Positions 25,052-38,425 of a DNA stretch of 64,000 nt are shown here, one piece after another. Source of the stretch: Flaccisagitta enflata (taxonomy: Eukaryota); contig OZ231126.1 of NCBI GenBank assembly GCA_965153355.1, positions 40,362,001-40,426,000 of the forward strand, written 5' to 3'. A program made the position numbers and the translations under genes. Each line of letters opens with the position of its first letter. Within the stretch, counting starts at the first letter, position 1. A model generated the notes under the pieces. The model had not been told where the DNA came from and made no database searches. It saw only the letters and a program-made list of their open reading frames with translations.

Positions 25052-25734
25052 ATCACATTTACCTACAATAGGCCGGATACACAGCATCCTTTGTCGCGAA
25101 GGGGTGGGCACGAGGGCCTGCTTCAAAAGCCTCGAAAAACTTAATGACCGATGGAATGACCAACCGAAAAGTAATGTATAGAGTCGCGTGTCCGCGACTA
25201 AAAGCAATTAGATAAGCTTATTGAGTGACTAATTCATTTTAAACAGGCGGTGTCTGAGATTGAACTTTAGCAAATTTGCTTTGTCAAATGACTAAGGCTG
25301 GCTTGTCTGAATGTCAATTGAAAATCAGACATGAAAAGTGAGACAAGACATCGGCATATTAGCTTGTGGGTGTGCCTAGGACTTCTCTGCATATTTCTGG
25401 TGAAAAACGCGAATCACAGTTTATCAAACAAAACTCAAGTGCAAAAAAGATTGGTTTCTGCGTCTCAAGAAAGATTTGTCTGAAGGAGGATATATTGATC
25501 TACTGCAGGATTTGGGGGAAGATGTTTCGGACATTTTTGCACATAAAACCCTCAAAAATAATACGGAAATCAGCTTTTTCAGGTTTTATAAACTGAACCC
25601 TATCAACAATTTAGTCGTTGACTTATCCAAATGATGAAGATTCAAACATTGATAATTCCACTAAATTTGCTCTTCCTAACTTTTTGATTAATGCTCTCAT
25701 GAAATACGCCTTAAAATTTCTCAACCTTCATTAG

Positions 25735-25941
25735 GTTTAACACGAAATGGTATCAAGATCTGTCACATTGGAAATTCAATTTTCTTGTGGAGAGAAAGCC
25801 GAAATTTCTTCAGAGTGGAGGAAATTGCTTCACCTTCAACAACGACGGGCAGTTGGAACAAGATGAAAGAAGCAATTTGGGGGGACTATTCTTCTACTTG
25901 GCTAGGACGAGAAACGAGACGGAAAACAACAACAACAACAA

Positions 25942-26040
<99 letters not shown>

Positions 26041-26252
26041 CTTCGATCAAAAAGGAATAGAAAGGGCACTCAAACCCATCGCAGACAATAAGAAAAACTG
26101 TTTTCAAGGAACGGACCCCGATCTCTGCGGCTGCTACATTCTCTTCGTTCATCCACCATTGACTCTCCCTACTTTGATGCAGACCAAGACGATGATTGTT
26201 TGTAATGATCAAGTCATTCCATACGAGTATCAACTAAGGCTCAATCTGAAAG
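25735..26252 (+). CDS. DEG/ENaC/ASIC-family (amiloride-sensitive) sodium channel, internal exon (extracellular domain)
   Basis: TTCATTAG acceptor. Open frame FNTKWYQ...GGNCFTFNNDG...GCYILFVHPP...RLNLK. GNCFTFN is a DEG/ENaC hallmark. AAG|GTGAGA donor (phase 1). Confidence 0.85.
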
Positions 26253-26567
26253 GTGAGATCACGCCACAGCAAGTGGGGGACAGATTTGAAGTCTGGAGGG
26301 CATATATGAAGCGTGGAGAGCTGATTGGAGGCCTGGAGGGCTGACTCGGGGCTAAATTTTGGCTGGGAGGCTTAATTGAGCGCCTGAGAGTGCTGTTTTT
26401 AGGCCTGGATGACCACCAGGGGACGGGGCGGATGGACGGGAGGTCGGACAGATGGATGGATAGACGGATGGACAAATGGACAGACATAGCGGGGTGTAGA
26501 GTCAGGTAGCATGCAACTAAAAATCACAACTTAGCATTCACTGTTCCGTGATTTTCCCATCTTGAAG

Positions 26568-27208
26568 CTCCTTTTGGCAATTGCGTGGATGAGTTTCCAG
26601 AGTGTCTTCGCGTGAACATGCCACGAATTCAAGCTTACAATTACACCATGGATTCGTGCATTGCAGCCTCGAAGGATAAATTGGACATGCCTTTAAAGTG
26701 GGCGAAATGGCAACCGCAAAACACCTCTTCGAGCGAGGACAACGACTATGGAGAAGATGAAGACAACAGCTACAACGACAGCGACGAAGACAACAACGAC
26801 AACGACAGCAGCAACGAAAACGACAACGACAACGTCATCGACAATGACAACAAAGACAAAGAGGAGAAAAAACGCCGTCGCATAAAAATTGACTACCATA
26901 AGCTGTGTCCTCCAGCATGCGTCCAGCAAGTCTTCAAACCCACGACAGCTTCGGGCAATGACATGGAAAATGGAAGGAAAGATTCCTTTTCCTTGCAAAT
27001 TTTCAACGTTGATTTCGAGACGACGATTGTGCAGCAGCTTCCGGCCACTGGACCGGAAGAAGTGTTGGGCACTGTTGGCGGACTTTTGGGACTCATGATC
27101 GGCGCCTCAGTTTTGTCCGTTTTAGAAATGGTTGAGATGATGATGCGACTGATTTTCGCGATGGCTGGCAAGTTGAAAGCGAAAGCTGCCAAGATAGCAC
27201 CTAGTTAG
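26568..27208 (+). CDS. DEG/ENaC/ASIC-family sodium channel, terminal exon (thumb remnant, TM2 with GAS belt)
   Basis: CCCATCTTGAAG acceptor in matching phase gives LK|APFGNC (cf. PPPYGDC). Also YTMDSC, CPPAC and VLGTVGGLLGLMIGASVLSVLEMVE (TM2/GAS motif). TAG at 27206-27208. Confidence 0.92.
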
Positions 27209-27252
27209 TTGACATATATATGTTTTTTTTTCCACCGAAAACGAATTTTGAT

Positions 27253-27258
27253 AATAAA
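27253..27258 (+). promoter_or_regulatory. Candidate polyadenylation signal of the DEG/ENaC gene
   Basis: AATAAA ~45 bp after the stop codon. Confidence 0.5.
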
Positions 27259-27771
27259 ATAATGGTATAACAAGGAGCGAACTATTCCTTAACATACAAA
27301 TGGAAGAGGGCCTCGTGAACCCTTATTGACTGCTTCATACGCGCATCATTACGCGTCTTCCATCGGATAAGCATCTACCAAAATATTCTCACAAGAAGTA
27401 GTGAGATATTGTTACCCGTGTAACCAGAATCAACTCGACACTAACTTCTTACAATCATGACTGGCTGGCAGCTTCATGACCTAGTTGACGAGTCTTTCTG
27501 CGACGAGGTGAATGAAACCAATAATTGTCTGTCGGCAGACTGGGAAGACATATCTCTTTAAAAGACGCAAAAATGTGTTGAGAAAATAAAAAAAACTGCG
27601 CCAGATAAATTGGGCGCATCAATCTTTTAACTTGTTTTCTTTTTTTCAATCATTTTTCAAGTAGGATATTTTTGTCTTTTTTTCATTCTACGGTAAAGTT
27701 GGCAGATCTTTCTTTTTTGACTCAGTTTACCGTCGTGTTTGGCGCCATATCAAAATTGGCTCAGCCAGTAG

Positions 27772-27863
<92 letters not shown>

Positions 27864-28574
27864 CTTTTTATCATCAAATAGCTTCCCTTTTTGGCACAGA
27901 AATGAGAGAAGCGCGCGCTTGAAAGCCTCAGGCTAAATTAGCAAAAGAAATTCAAACTTGGATACATTCATTTTTTTCTTCATTTGATGTCTAAAAGAAT
28001 CCTATGGTTTTTGCACTTAGTGCAAACTTTTAAAAAAAACTTTACAATTGAGATCAATCTCTCCGCAGGTTGTTTACAATTAACTAAAATATTAGAAGAC
28101 TACACTCTAATTGTGTCCGCGATTGCCAAGGGAGTTTTAGTTTCACAAGGTTGCATTTCCCCCCCCCCCCAGTGGCGGGGGTAAGTAAAATCAAAGGGTC
28201 TGGTGATGGGGAAGAAAATTAAATGGTGGAAAAGAAGAAACAAGGCCAAGTAGGCCAATAAGGTGCGACATGTGGATCATTGAACGAATAAGTTACCGAC
28301 CAACAGACAGACCAACCGACAGACGGACACAGCCAGTTATAGAGGTGCTTTGTCGCACCTAAAACAAAATTTAAGAAGATTTTACCCTTTTGACAGTTCC
28401 AAAAGATAGTATTTGATTCCTACAACACTGTTTTACACTTTTCTGTCAATATTCATACTATATTTGCACTCTGTGGGGTAGAAGATCAAACAATTTTTCA
28501 ACTCGGCGGGGAAGGAAATCAAAGACCAGGGGGGAAAAGATATCAAAAGCCGCTTAACTTTATACACCCCTGGT

Positions 28575-28789
28575 TGTAACATCTCTCCCAAATTTTTTGT
28601 CAAAGCTGCACTTGTATCAAAACCATGAAAAGCCTACTTCCAGTTGTACAGCATCATGAAGTTTTAACTGAAGTAGCATGAAGGTGTCATAACACTTATA
28701 TTAAGATTTCTTTTTAATGGGCCAAAAAGTAGGTTTTCATGGTTTTACTTTAAGTGCTGCTTTGACATCAATTGTGGGACAGACGTTAC
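28575..28789. mobile_element. Short palindromic MITE-like element
   Basis: GTAACATCTCTCCCAAAT..GTCAAAGCTGCACTT..AAAACCATGAAAAGCCTACTT mirrored by AAGTAGGTTTTCATGGTTTT..AAGTGCTGCTTTGAC..GTGGGACAGACGTTAC. Confidence 0.6.
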
Positions 28790-29400
28790 GATGAGGCGCA
28801 TTATACACGATCCATGATGCGCGTGATGACGTAAAATAAAAAGCATTTTGCATGTATATGGGATGCATCGTTGCGAAAAAAATATAAAGTTTGATTTATG
28901 TGGAATCTCTGAAAGCTCGACTATGGCAAACGGGGGTGGAGGTAAGTGATGATGAAGAGGAGGAGGGGTGAAAACGGCGGAAAAGGAAAGTAGTGGAGAG
29001 GAGTAGGAGAAGTGAAGGAGGAAGAGGACGACGACGACGACAACGACAACAACGACGATGCGTTGGTCGTTGAAAGGCGAAGAAACGAGGTAAAGATGAT
29101 GGAAGGCGTGTCTACCTCATGGCATGTCTCCCCCCTTCTCTTCCTCCTCCTCCTTTTCTCCCTCCTTCGCTTCATCCTCCTCCTCCTTATCTTCTGGCAG
29201 GTCTAGATGATCATAACGAGAATATATTTCACGCAGCTAACTCTCTAACAGTTTTTTTCTCACTTTCTCTGACAATGATGTCATAATTTTTTCTCTCGCT
29301 TCATCTTAGTCTCCTGACTCTTCGTCTGATTCTGACTGTGTGAGTTTCCGTCGTTTTCAGAGTGCATTTATCGTTGGTCTTACATTTCATTCTTGTTTTA

Positions 29401-29850
29401 TTTTTTGGGCAGCGGCCCCAAAGGGCCGATATCCTGTGGTGTACGTCCGCCTGTCCGTCCGTACATCCCCCCCCCCCGGAGCTTCTCAAGCCTCAAATTC
29501 CCATTGATAACATGGGAAATTGACAAAATACAAACTTCCCATTGAATAACATAGAAAATTAACAAAAAATTGAAAAATTGCATGATTCCCATTGAATAAC
29601 ATAGAACATAATGAAAATTGAGACAAATGTAAAATTCTCATAGAATAAAATGGTAAATTGACAAGAAATTCCTATTGAATAACATGGAAAGTTGCTACCA
29701 GGGCCTCTCAGGACGTCTGGAAATTCACCCCTGTGTCCTACAGGACATTGGCCCTTTGGGGCCGCTGCCCTGCTCTCACTCCAATTTTTCAGCTATTCAC
29801 TCCAGCAGGGCATCGGGTACCGCTGACCATGTGCGATCCTTGGATGACTT
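29401..29850 (-). mobile_element. Family-2 HINE-like element
   Basis: TTTTGGGCAGCGGCCCCAAAGGGCCGAT ... GGCCCTTTGGGGCCGCTGCCC ... GGGTACCGCTGACCATGTGCGATCCTTG, the reverse complement of the 1-550 ends, with a different internal repeat (CCCATTGAATAACAT). Confidence 0.7.
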
Positions 29851-29876
29851 GTTTTTTTCTATTGTACTTTCTTTCT

Positions 29877-29913
<37 letters not shown>

Positions 29914-29998
29914 TTTCTTTCTTTCTTTCTTTTCTGTCTGTCATCACTATTGTTCTTTCTTTTTTCTTTTCTCTTTCTTCTGTCTGTCTGTCTGTCTG

Positions 29999-30042
<44 letters not shown>

Positions 30043-30505
30043 TTTTTTCTTTCTTTTTTTTCTTGCTTTCTTTCTTCTTATTTTTTATTCTGTCTGTCAG
30101 CCTGTGTGTGATAGTGTGTGTTTCGGACCTTTTTTTTATAACTAATGTGAATGATCTCAGAATTTCACCAATAGATGTTTGAATAGTGGGCAAATTAGCA
30201 AACGGAAAACGTCTCACGCGATGATCCGAAGCAAAACGCACAAAAACGATCTATCTCGGACCATCTTGACATTCACAGAGCGCTGCTATACCAGTACAAA
30301 TTTAGATCCACTAAACAGGAATAACTCCTCCGCGGCAAATATATGTATATATATTTCTTTGTGCAAGTGTAGATCTGGAATTTATACTGTGAAACTATGA
30401 ATACCCAAGTTTGTCCTCGTTGCTCATTACATTCTAACGGTATTTTGGTTTCTATTGTGAGAGTTGGACCCTTGCAACGTTAAAAAAGAGTATGAATAGC
30501 ACAGC

Positions 30506-31237
<732 letters not shown>

Positions 31238-31449
31238 CACAGGCTTGTGTGACATTAAGTGGTTCAATATTCGGGACGTATATATTTTTGCATAAAACAC
31301 TCTGTTTTAAAATCCCGTGGTAATATTCATTCCAGGTTTGCTACATACAATTTACTGTGCCTATCTATAAACACCATTTGTGCTATACCGTTTTTTATGA
31401 TTAGATTTTTAGCATATGATATTATACAATTTTTTATTTCCAGTTTATT

Positions 31450-31717
31450 TTAAAGTTTGGTCCGCTTGTTGTAAGAACCTTCATGAAGTTCCAAGGCCCT
31501 CGTTGGGTTCCAACTTCCAACACATTCTCGGTTGGACCTCGGAGTCATGATCCCTCCACTCGGGGAAGCGATGAGGCAAAAGAAAGAATTGCCACGAGGA
31601 ATTTCCATCTCATCCTCTGCCTCCTTCTTCTCCTTGTCCTTTGCCTCCTCCTCGTCACCCTCCTCTTTATTCTTTGCCCTCGTGTGGAACCAAAGGTTTC
31701 TGACCTCTTTGTGATCA
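31450..31717 (-). CDS. Putative terminal exon of an unidentified gene (acidic/Lys-rich segment)
   Basis: TTTTTTCACTTGGCAG acceptor (phase 2), open frame DHKEVRNLWFHTRAK...NKRTKL*, AATAAA immediately after TAA. Confidence 0.45.
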
Positions 31718-32200
31718 CTGCCAAGTGAAAAAAAGACAAAAACTAAAAGAGTCAAAAAGAAAAAAGAAAGAGAAAATACAGAGATAGCTAGAAACTTCTT
31801 AGATACAAAAACAAGGCCAACACCTTACAGTCGCGTGCGGTTGTTAAGACCATAAGACCAAAAGACCAAAGGACTAAGAGGCTAAAAGTAAATTGACTTA
31901 AGATAACTTCAAATAACTTAAAATGACTTAAGATGACTTAAAATGACGTCAAATGGCAAAAAAAAAAGCAAAGTATTATGGACCGACAGACGGATGGACG
32001 GACTGACGGAGAGAGCGGGTCATTGAGTTGCGTGCATGCGACTAGAAACATAGTTGGTATGCAATTGCGTCGAAATCTAAACGTCTTTTTCTCTCTTATC
32101 TGAAAAAAACGAACATTTGTAAATAACTGTCTATTAGCTATCATTTGTAACCAATGCTATTGTCTTTTCAACTTCATTACAACTGAGCATAATGATTTAA

Positions 32201-32813
32201 CAGTGGCGACAGAAAATTTGATACAAAACTTTTTGACACTATCTATTGATTTTTTAACAACTTTGATTGTTATTCAATATCAAACAATACATCATTTGAA
32301 AGTTTATCAAAAGTACTTCAAATGCTGATTTTATGCAAGATGCTCAGCCCTTTGGTTTGGCCTCCGTATTGAGTTGAAGTATGGTGGTTATAATTTTGCT
32401 ACTCAGGATTTAAATTTATTTAAAAAACCTTTGCATCTGTTTTTTACCACTCCAGTTTAAATTACCTTAGAAAAATCAAAAAGGCCATAATTCTCAAATA
32501 CTATAGATCAGCAGATGAAATGATGGACCAACTAATAGCCTGACACACTAGCACAAAGAGCCATGGAATCAAAATAAAGTATTGAAAGAATTACAGATAA
32601 AACTCTCCTGAAATGATAATCATTTGACCATCACGATTAAAATCATTACTGAGCCTAAATCAAAAGAGCAAAATTCCTCCACAAGGTCAGCCTTTGAAGC
32701 ACTTTGGAAGAGTTTTCAAATATAATTCAATGCGGGGTTGAAAAATACTTCTGATAAGCCATAAATCCATGTAAGATGGGCATAACTTTGTATCAAATTT
32801 TTTGTCGCTACTG
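32201..32813. mobile_element. Tc1/mariner-like non-autonomous element
   Basis: TIRs CAGTGGCGACAGAAAATTTGATACAAA / TTTGTATCAAATTTTTTGTCGCTACTG. Confidence 0.7.
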
Positions 32814-32860
32814 TTACGTAGAAACAGTCGCCATTGGAAAAAGATTTACTCATTACTCAC

Positions 32861-33093
32861 CTTTGTAACCACATTTCACTCTCAAACAAATGCAGTATGA
32901 CTTTCACTTTCAGCAACATCTCATTAAAAGCTTCATCAGAAACCTCATAGCAGCTGTCGATTTTATTTTGCGTGATATTTGATTCAATGAATTTTTTTCC
33001 CTTTGCATACGCATAAATATGCCGGTCATTTTTGTATGTCGGGTGCCATTGCAAAACTGTTCCGGCTTTTTTTGTTTTTTTGGATTTTTTTTT
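32861..33093 (-). CDS. Putative penultimate exon of the same unidentified gene (5' boundary uncertain)
   Basis: Open frame ..VLQWHPTYKNDRHIYAYAKGK...SEMWLQ ending CAAAG|GTGAGT, phase 2, compatible with the 31717 acceptor. Confidence 0.4.
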
Positions 33094-35254
33094 TCAGTTT
33101 CGTATTGGCATTCTTTGTTTGACTTTGTTTTTTAGTCGCTTGGTAAGCGACTCCATAATGAGATGGGCTCAACTTGGGCTTAGTTTATATTCTAAATATC
33201 AGTCTTTTAAGTTTATTTGTCTTCCTGTAATGAATTTCCCCGTATTTCCAAGTCTTGACTACATCTACTGTACAGATAAGAAAATGGAAAGTAAACTTGT
33301 TTTTTTGTCATATACAACTAGGATATCATACCAACTATACTTAAATGAGTAAATGGGGTCAGGATATGAAGTCGAAGTGCAAGTGGAAGAGGAAGCGGAA
33401 GCGGAAGCGCTTGGTTGTATCCTTTTGCTTCCATAAGGCATCAAAAAATTTTTCGCATCCGTTTGATTTTAAAATTACACTTCCGCTTCCGCTTCTGCTT
33501 CCATGCTCAAACTACCGCTTCCATCCGCTTCCACTTCCGCTTCTGAATCCCTAGTATTCGGCCTTGTTTGCTGTATTATTACAAGAAACTAACGCTGGTT
33601 ACTTCTCATGAATGGCTGAGTGAGACAATGGAGAGCTCTGTCAGCAAAAGAGATGCCTCTTGCCGCTTGTGGTCTGAATTTATTACAGGACGGACATAAG
33701 GGAAACAAGGCCAGATACACGACCAATCATTTGTGATAGTAAGTCGGGTGGGCAGGGGCATAGTCTGACGTAGGTCTCAATTTGACATGGACAGAATTTG
33801 TCAGAAATCTAATCACCAAGTTATTTTTTTCTCCCAATGGGTAAAGCATTTATTTGGTTAAATGATGTTTAAATGAGTTATCCAACCTAAAAAGTGACTA
33901 ACATTTGGTTACCGGCCGACCAACGGACCAACGGACCAACGGATATACCAACCTCAAGAGTCGCGTTCACGCAACTAGCAAAAGTGTAAGCGTTTACCAT
34001 CTGACGCTTTTGCGACTATTTGTGCTGAATAATCTCAGAAAGAGACAAATGGAAAAATAGAGAGTTACTGTCTTGTTGTCTTGTCGTATTGGGTGATCAC
34101 AGAAAAAGACAAATGGAAAAAAGAGAGATGGATGATCAAGAGTGAGGACTTCGGAAACGCAAAGACTGATTAGAAACACCAATGATCCACACAATCTATG
34201 GTCAAGGATTCCCCTTCTTTCAGGCAAAAAAAAATGGTTTGGGATGGATGAAAAAAAAACAGGAACCAAGCCATTTGGTGACCAAGGACCAGACAATATA
34301 AACAGGACAAAAGCCATTTAAAAAGGAAATGTAGACCATGGAAGAAAAACTTATGTAAGCCATCACCTGACAGAAAAGGTTAAAAATGGGACACCGACCA
34401 ATTTTGGGACGCTTCTCAAAGGAAAATTCGCTGCAAGTTGGAGAAGAGAAAGTCAGACGATTTATATCAAAAGGTTTAGATTGAAGTGCGGAAGTAAGCC
34501 AAAAAGAAACAGATGGAAGAAAAAAACAACACAGGATGCAATTTCAGCTCAGATGGTTAAGCAACAGGATTATGTTAGTGGCATTAGATGCCTTTGTGAA
34601 GGTGGTGTAATAAGAGTCGTGGCAAAATACTATCTTGCTAAAATAATATGAAAAGACTTTAAAATCACAATCCGGATTGCTGAAGTGACAGGCTGGACAT
34701 CAATGTGTGATGGCAGAATGCAATCGTAGTTCAGAATGTAAACTGGTGTTCAGGAAAAGTGGCGGATTGATTGGAATTGGAGTTCAGACTTTGGAAGTTA
34801 CAGTTTAGGAGGTTTATAAGGCTGATTAGACAGATGAGGGAAGAATGTCATTGCGAGTTACGTGATTTTGATTGGTGGTAACAGACATTGAATGATATTT
34901 GCCATGTCAGGATCTTTAAAAAGCTCTTAAAGCTAGCCATCAGTGGCAGGTGATACTTGCCATAACATGAAGTTAGCCAAATGTCATCCATGGAAAGCTC
35001 TCATAGTCAAAGCTGTTGATCAGTGGCAAATGAGAATTGTCATAACATGAACGCAACCAAATGTCATCCGAGAAAAGCTCTCAACTCAGTCTCTCGGTGG
35101 TATATAAGATTTGCTATAACATGAACTTAACCAAATACCATCCAAAGAAAAGCGACGTTGAGTCTTCACTCTTCACACTTGTCTGCATTTAAAAAGCGGT
35201 GATAATCGTTGCAGCATCTCAAATAGGCAATGAAAGAGGAAGGAAGAGCAGGCG

Positions 35255-35510
35255 GCGTTGAATGTAATGGAAGAGGAGGAATTAGTGACGTTCAATCGTC
35301 TGATGAATGCGATGAATGTAATGAAAGAGGAGGATTAAGTGGCGTTGAATTGTTTGATGAATGCAATGAATGTAATGGAAGAGGAGGATTAAGTGGCATT
35401 GAATCGTTTGATGAATGCAATGATTGTAATGGAAGAGGAGGATTAAGTAGCGCTGAATCGTCTGATGAATGCAATGAATGTAATGAAAGAGGAGAATTAG
35501 GTGGCATTTC
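35255..35510. repeat. 54-bp minisatellite, resuming at ~38805-38960 after a nested insertion
   Basis: GAATGTAATGGAAGAGGAGGATTAAGTGGCGTTGAATCGTCTGATGAATGCAAT units on both sides of 35512-38802. Confidence 0.85.
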
Positions 35511-35544
35511 CTACTTAAATCAATAAAAAAAGCCGCACTTTTAA

Positions 35545-38425
35545 ACCGTCAGAGGTTTTTCTGTCTGTAGGGCTTCATAGAAGTGGCGAATCCGGTGGCA
35601 CCTATCATGTTGGGTCTTAAAATGTGCGTATTACCTAGGGGAACAGTAATCCAGGATTGGTTGACCCAATTTCAGGTGCGTGTTCCAATGCCACCAAAAA
35701 TGCCCAAAATGGCCGAAAATGGCCTTTTTTAGCCATTTTTGCCCCTTAAACCTATCTTAAACTTGGTGGAGAGCCATAAAATTTTGCATGCACATGTAGT
35801 AGATCCTAATTAAGTTGTATGCAAAAAATTTTGAAATTTTGAAAATTTTAAGGTCATAAATTTGAAAAAAAAACAGGTTTTTTCCAAGTATAGGTCAAGA
35901 AAAATGATGTCATTACCCCCCTTAATGTTGACCGATTTGGACAAAATTATTATTGGAGGTACTTCATATCATGGACTACCTCCATGTAAAATTTCATCCA
36001 AATCGGAGCACTTTAAGTGCCCGAAATTGTGTTCAAAAATCAAAAATTGGAAAAAATGATTCTGAAAATCGTCTTTGAGCTGGTGGCATTGTCATATTAG
36101 GGCAGGGATGTATGAACCATGGCCAAAATCTTTAAGAGACTGTTGGAGATGCCCAAAATTTCATGACCTGGGAGCATTTTTTGGGTGTCAAATAACAGTT
36201 CTTTGAAGACGTCAGACCAAAATAATTGATTTTAGACCTTTTTCAACCTGTAACCTGAAGAAATATGGTCCTGAAATTTTGCATGCACATGTAAGAGACC
36301 ATTATGTTTTATGAAAAACTTGAATGTCCAAATTAAAGGTAACCTAAATTTAGAAAAGAAGTTTTTGAGTATAGTTGAGAAAATGATGTCATTACCCCCT
36401 TATTGTCAACCGATCTCGACAAAATTTTATTGAGGTACACATCATGGACTACCTCCATGTAAATATCATCCAAATCGGAGCACTTTAGTGACCAAAATTC
36501 TGCCGACAATCAAAATTGAAAATGACTTGAAAATCGTCTTTGAGCTGGTGGTGTATATTAGAAAATGAACCATGGGCCAAAATTCCTTTAAAGACTGTTG
36601 GTGATGCCCCAAAAATTTCATGACCCTGGGAGCATTTTTTTGGTGTCAAATAACAGTTCTTTGAAGACCGTCAGACCAAAAATCGCGGAAATTGCCGATT
36701 TTAGGTCTTTTTTCAACCTGTAACCTGAAGAAAAGTTGAAATATGGTCCTGAAATTTTGCATGCACATGTAGTAGACCCTAATTATGTTTTATGGAAAAA
36801 ACATGGAATGTCCAAAAAAATTTAAGGTACCTGAATTTAAAAGAAAAAAGTTTTTTTTTAGTATAGTTGAGAAAAAAATGATGTCATTACCCCCCTTATT
36901 GTTGACAATGTTGATGAAGTTTACTGATCACATGCATCAGAGAGAGTTTGCTGTTAGTAATTGTCTGTTTGTCCGTTTGTCCGATGGGGCCTTTTGGTCG
37001 AAATCAATTAACTTTTGGGGGGTAACAACATAATATTTCCTCAACTACACTGTTTTTCTGAAATTGTGGTACCTAAAAATTTTTTGGACATTCCACTTTT
37101 CTATAAAACATAATCAGGCTCTATTACATGTGCATGCAAAATTTCAGGACCATATCTCAACTTTTTTTCGGGTTACGGGTTGAAAAAGGCCTAAAATTGG
37201 CAATTTTTTTAATTTTCACTCTTATGGTCTCCAAAGAATTGTAATTTGACACCCAAAAAATGCTCCCAGGGTCATGAAATTTTTTGGGGGCATCACCAAC
37301 AGTCTCTTAAAAGAATTTTGGCCCATGGTTCATACATCCCTGCCCTAATATGACAATGCCACCAGCTCAAAGACAATTTTTGGACTCATTTTTTTCCAAT
37401 TTTTGATTTTCGTACAGAAATTTGGTCACTTAAAGTGCTCCGATTTGGATGAAATTTTACATGGAGGTAGTCCATGATGTGAAGTACCTCCAATGAAAAT
37501 TTTGTCCAAATCAGTCAACATTAGGGTAATGACATCATTTTTCTCAACTATACTCGAAAAAAACTTGTTTTTTTGAAATTTAGGTACCTTAAATTTTTGG
37601 ACATTCCATGTTTTTTCCATAAAACATAATTAGGGTCTATTACATGTGCATGCAAAATTTCAGGACCATATTTCAACTTTTCTCAGGTTACAGGTTGAAA
37701 AAAGGCCTAAAATCGGCAATTTCCGCGATTTTTGGTCTGACGGTCTTCAAAGAACTGTTATTTGACACCCAAAAAATGCTCCCAGGGTCATGAAATTTTT
37801 GGGGGGCATCACCAACAGTCTCTGAAAGGAATTTTGGCCCATGGTTCATACATCCCTGCCCTAATATGACAATGCCACCAGCTCAAAGACGATTTTCGGA
37901 GTCATTTTTTTCCAATTTTTGATTTTTGAACAGAATTTTGGGCACTTAAAGTGCTCCGATTTGGATGAAATTTTACATGGAGGTAGTCCATGATGTGAAG
38001 TATCTCCAGTAGAAATTTGGTCCAAATCGGTCAACTTTAAGAGGGGTAACGACATCATTTTTCTTGACCAATACTCGGAAAAAACCTGTTTTTTTCAAAT
38101 TTAGGTACCTTAAAATTTTCAAAATTTCAAAATTTTTTGCATACAACTTAATTAGGGTCTACTACATGTGCATGCAAAATTTCATGGCTCTCCACCAAAT
38201 TTAAGATAGGTTTTAGGGCCAAAAATGGCCAAAAAAGGCCATTTTCGGCCATTTTGAGCGTTTTTTTTTTGTGGCATTCGCACATGCACCTGAAATTGGG
38301 TCAACCAAGCCTAGATTTGTATTCTCCTAGGTAATGCGCACATTTTAAGACCCAACTTTATAGGTGCCACTGGACTCGCCCTCTTGACCCCCCTTTGAGC
38401 TAGAAATCCTTATTCCTCAGACGGT
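35545..38425. mobile_element. Foldback-type element with ~1.3-kb inverted arms built from ~0.5-kb tandem subunits
   Basis: ACCGTCAGAGG / CCTCAGACGGT ends. 35583-36905 mirrors ~36990-38380. AAATTTTGCATGCACATGTA recurs at ~35780, 36275 and 36752, and inverted at ~37125, 37640 and 38163. Confidence 0.85.

Noticed and set aside
35230-35526. Cys-rich repeat protein (ECNGRGG)n resembling a DnaJ zinc finger
   Set aside because: It is the translation of a 54-bp minisatellite, and the downstream units contain stops.
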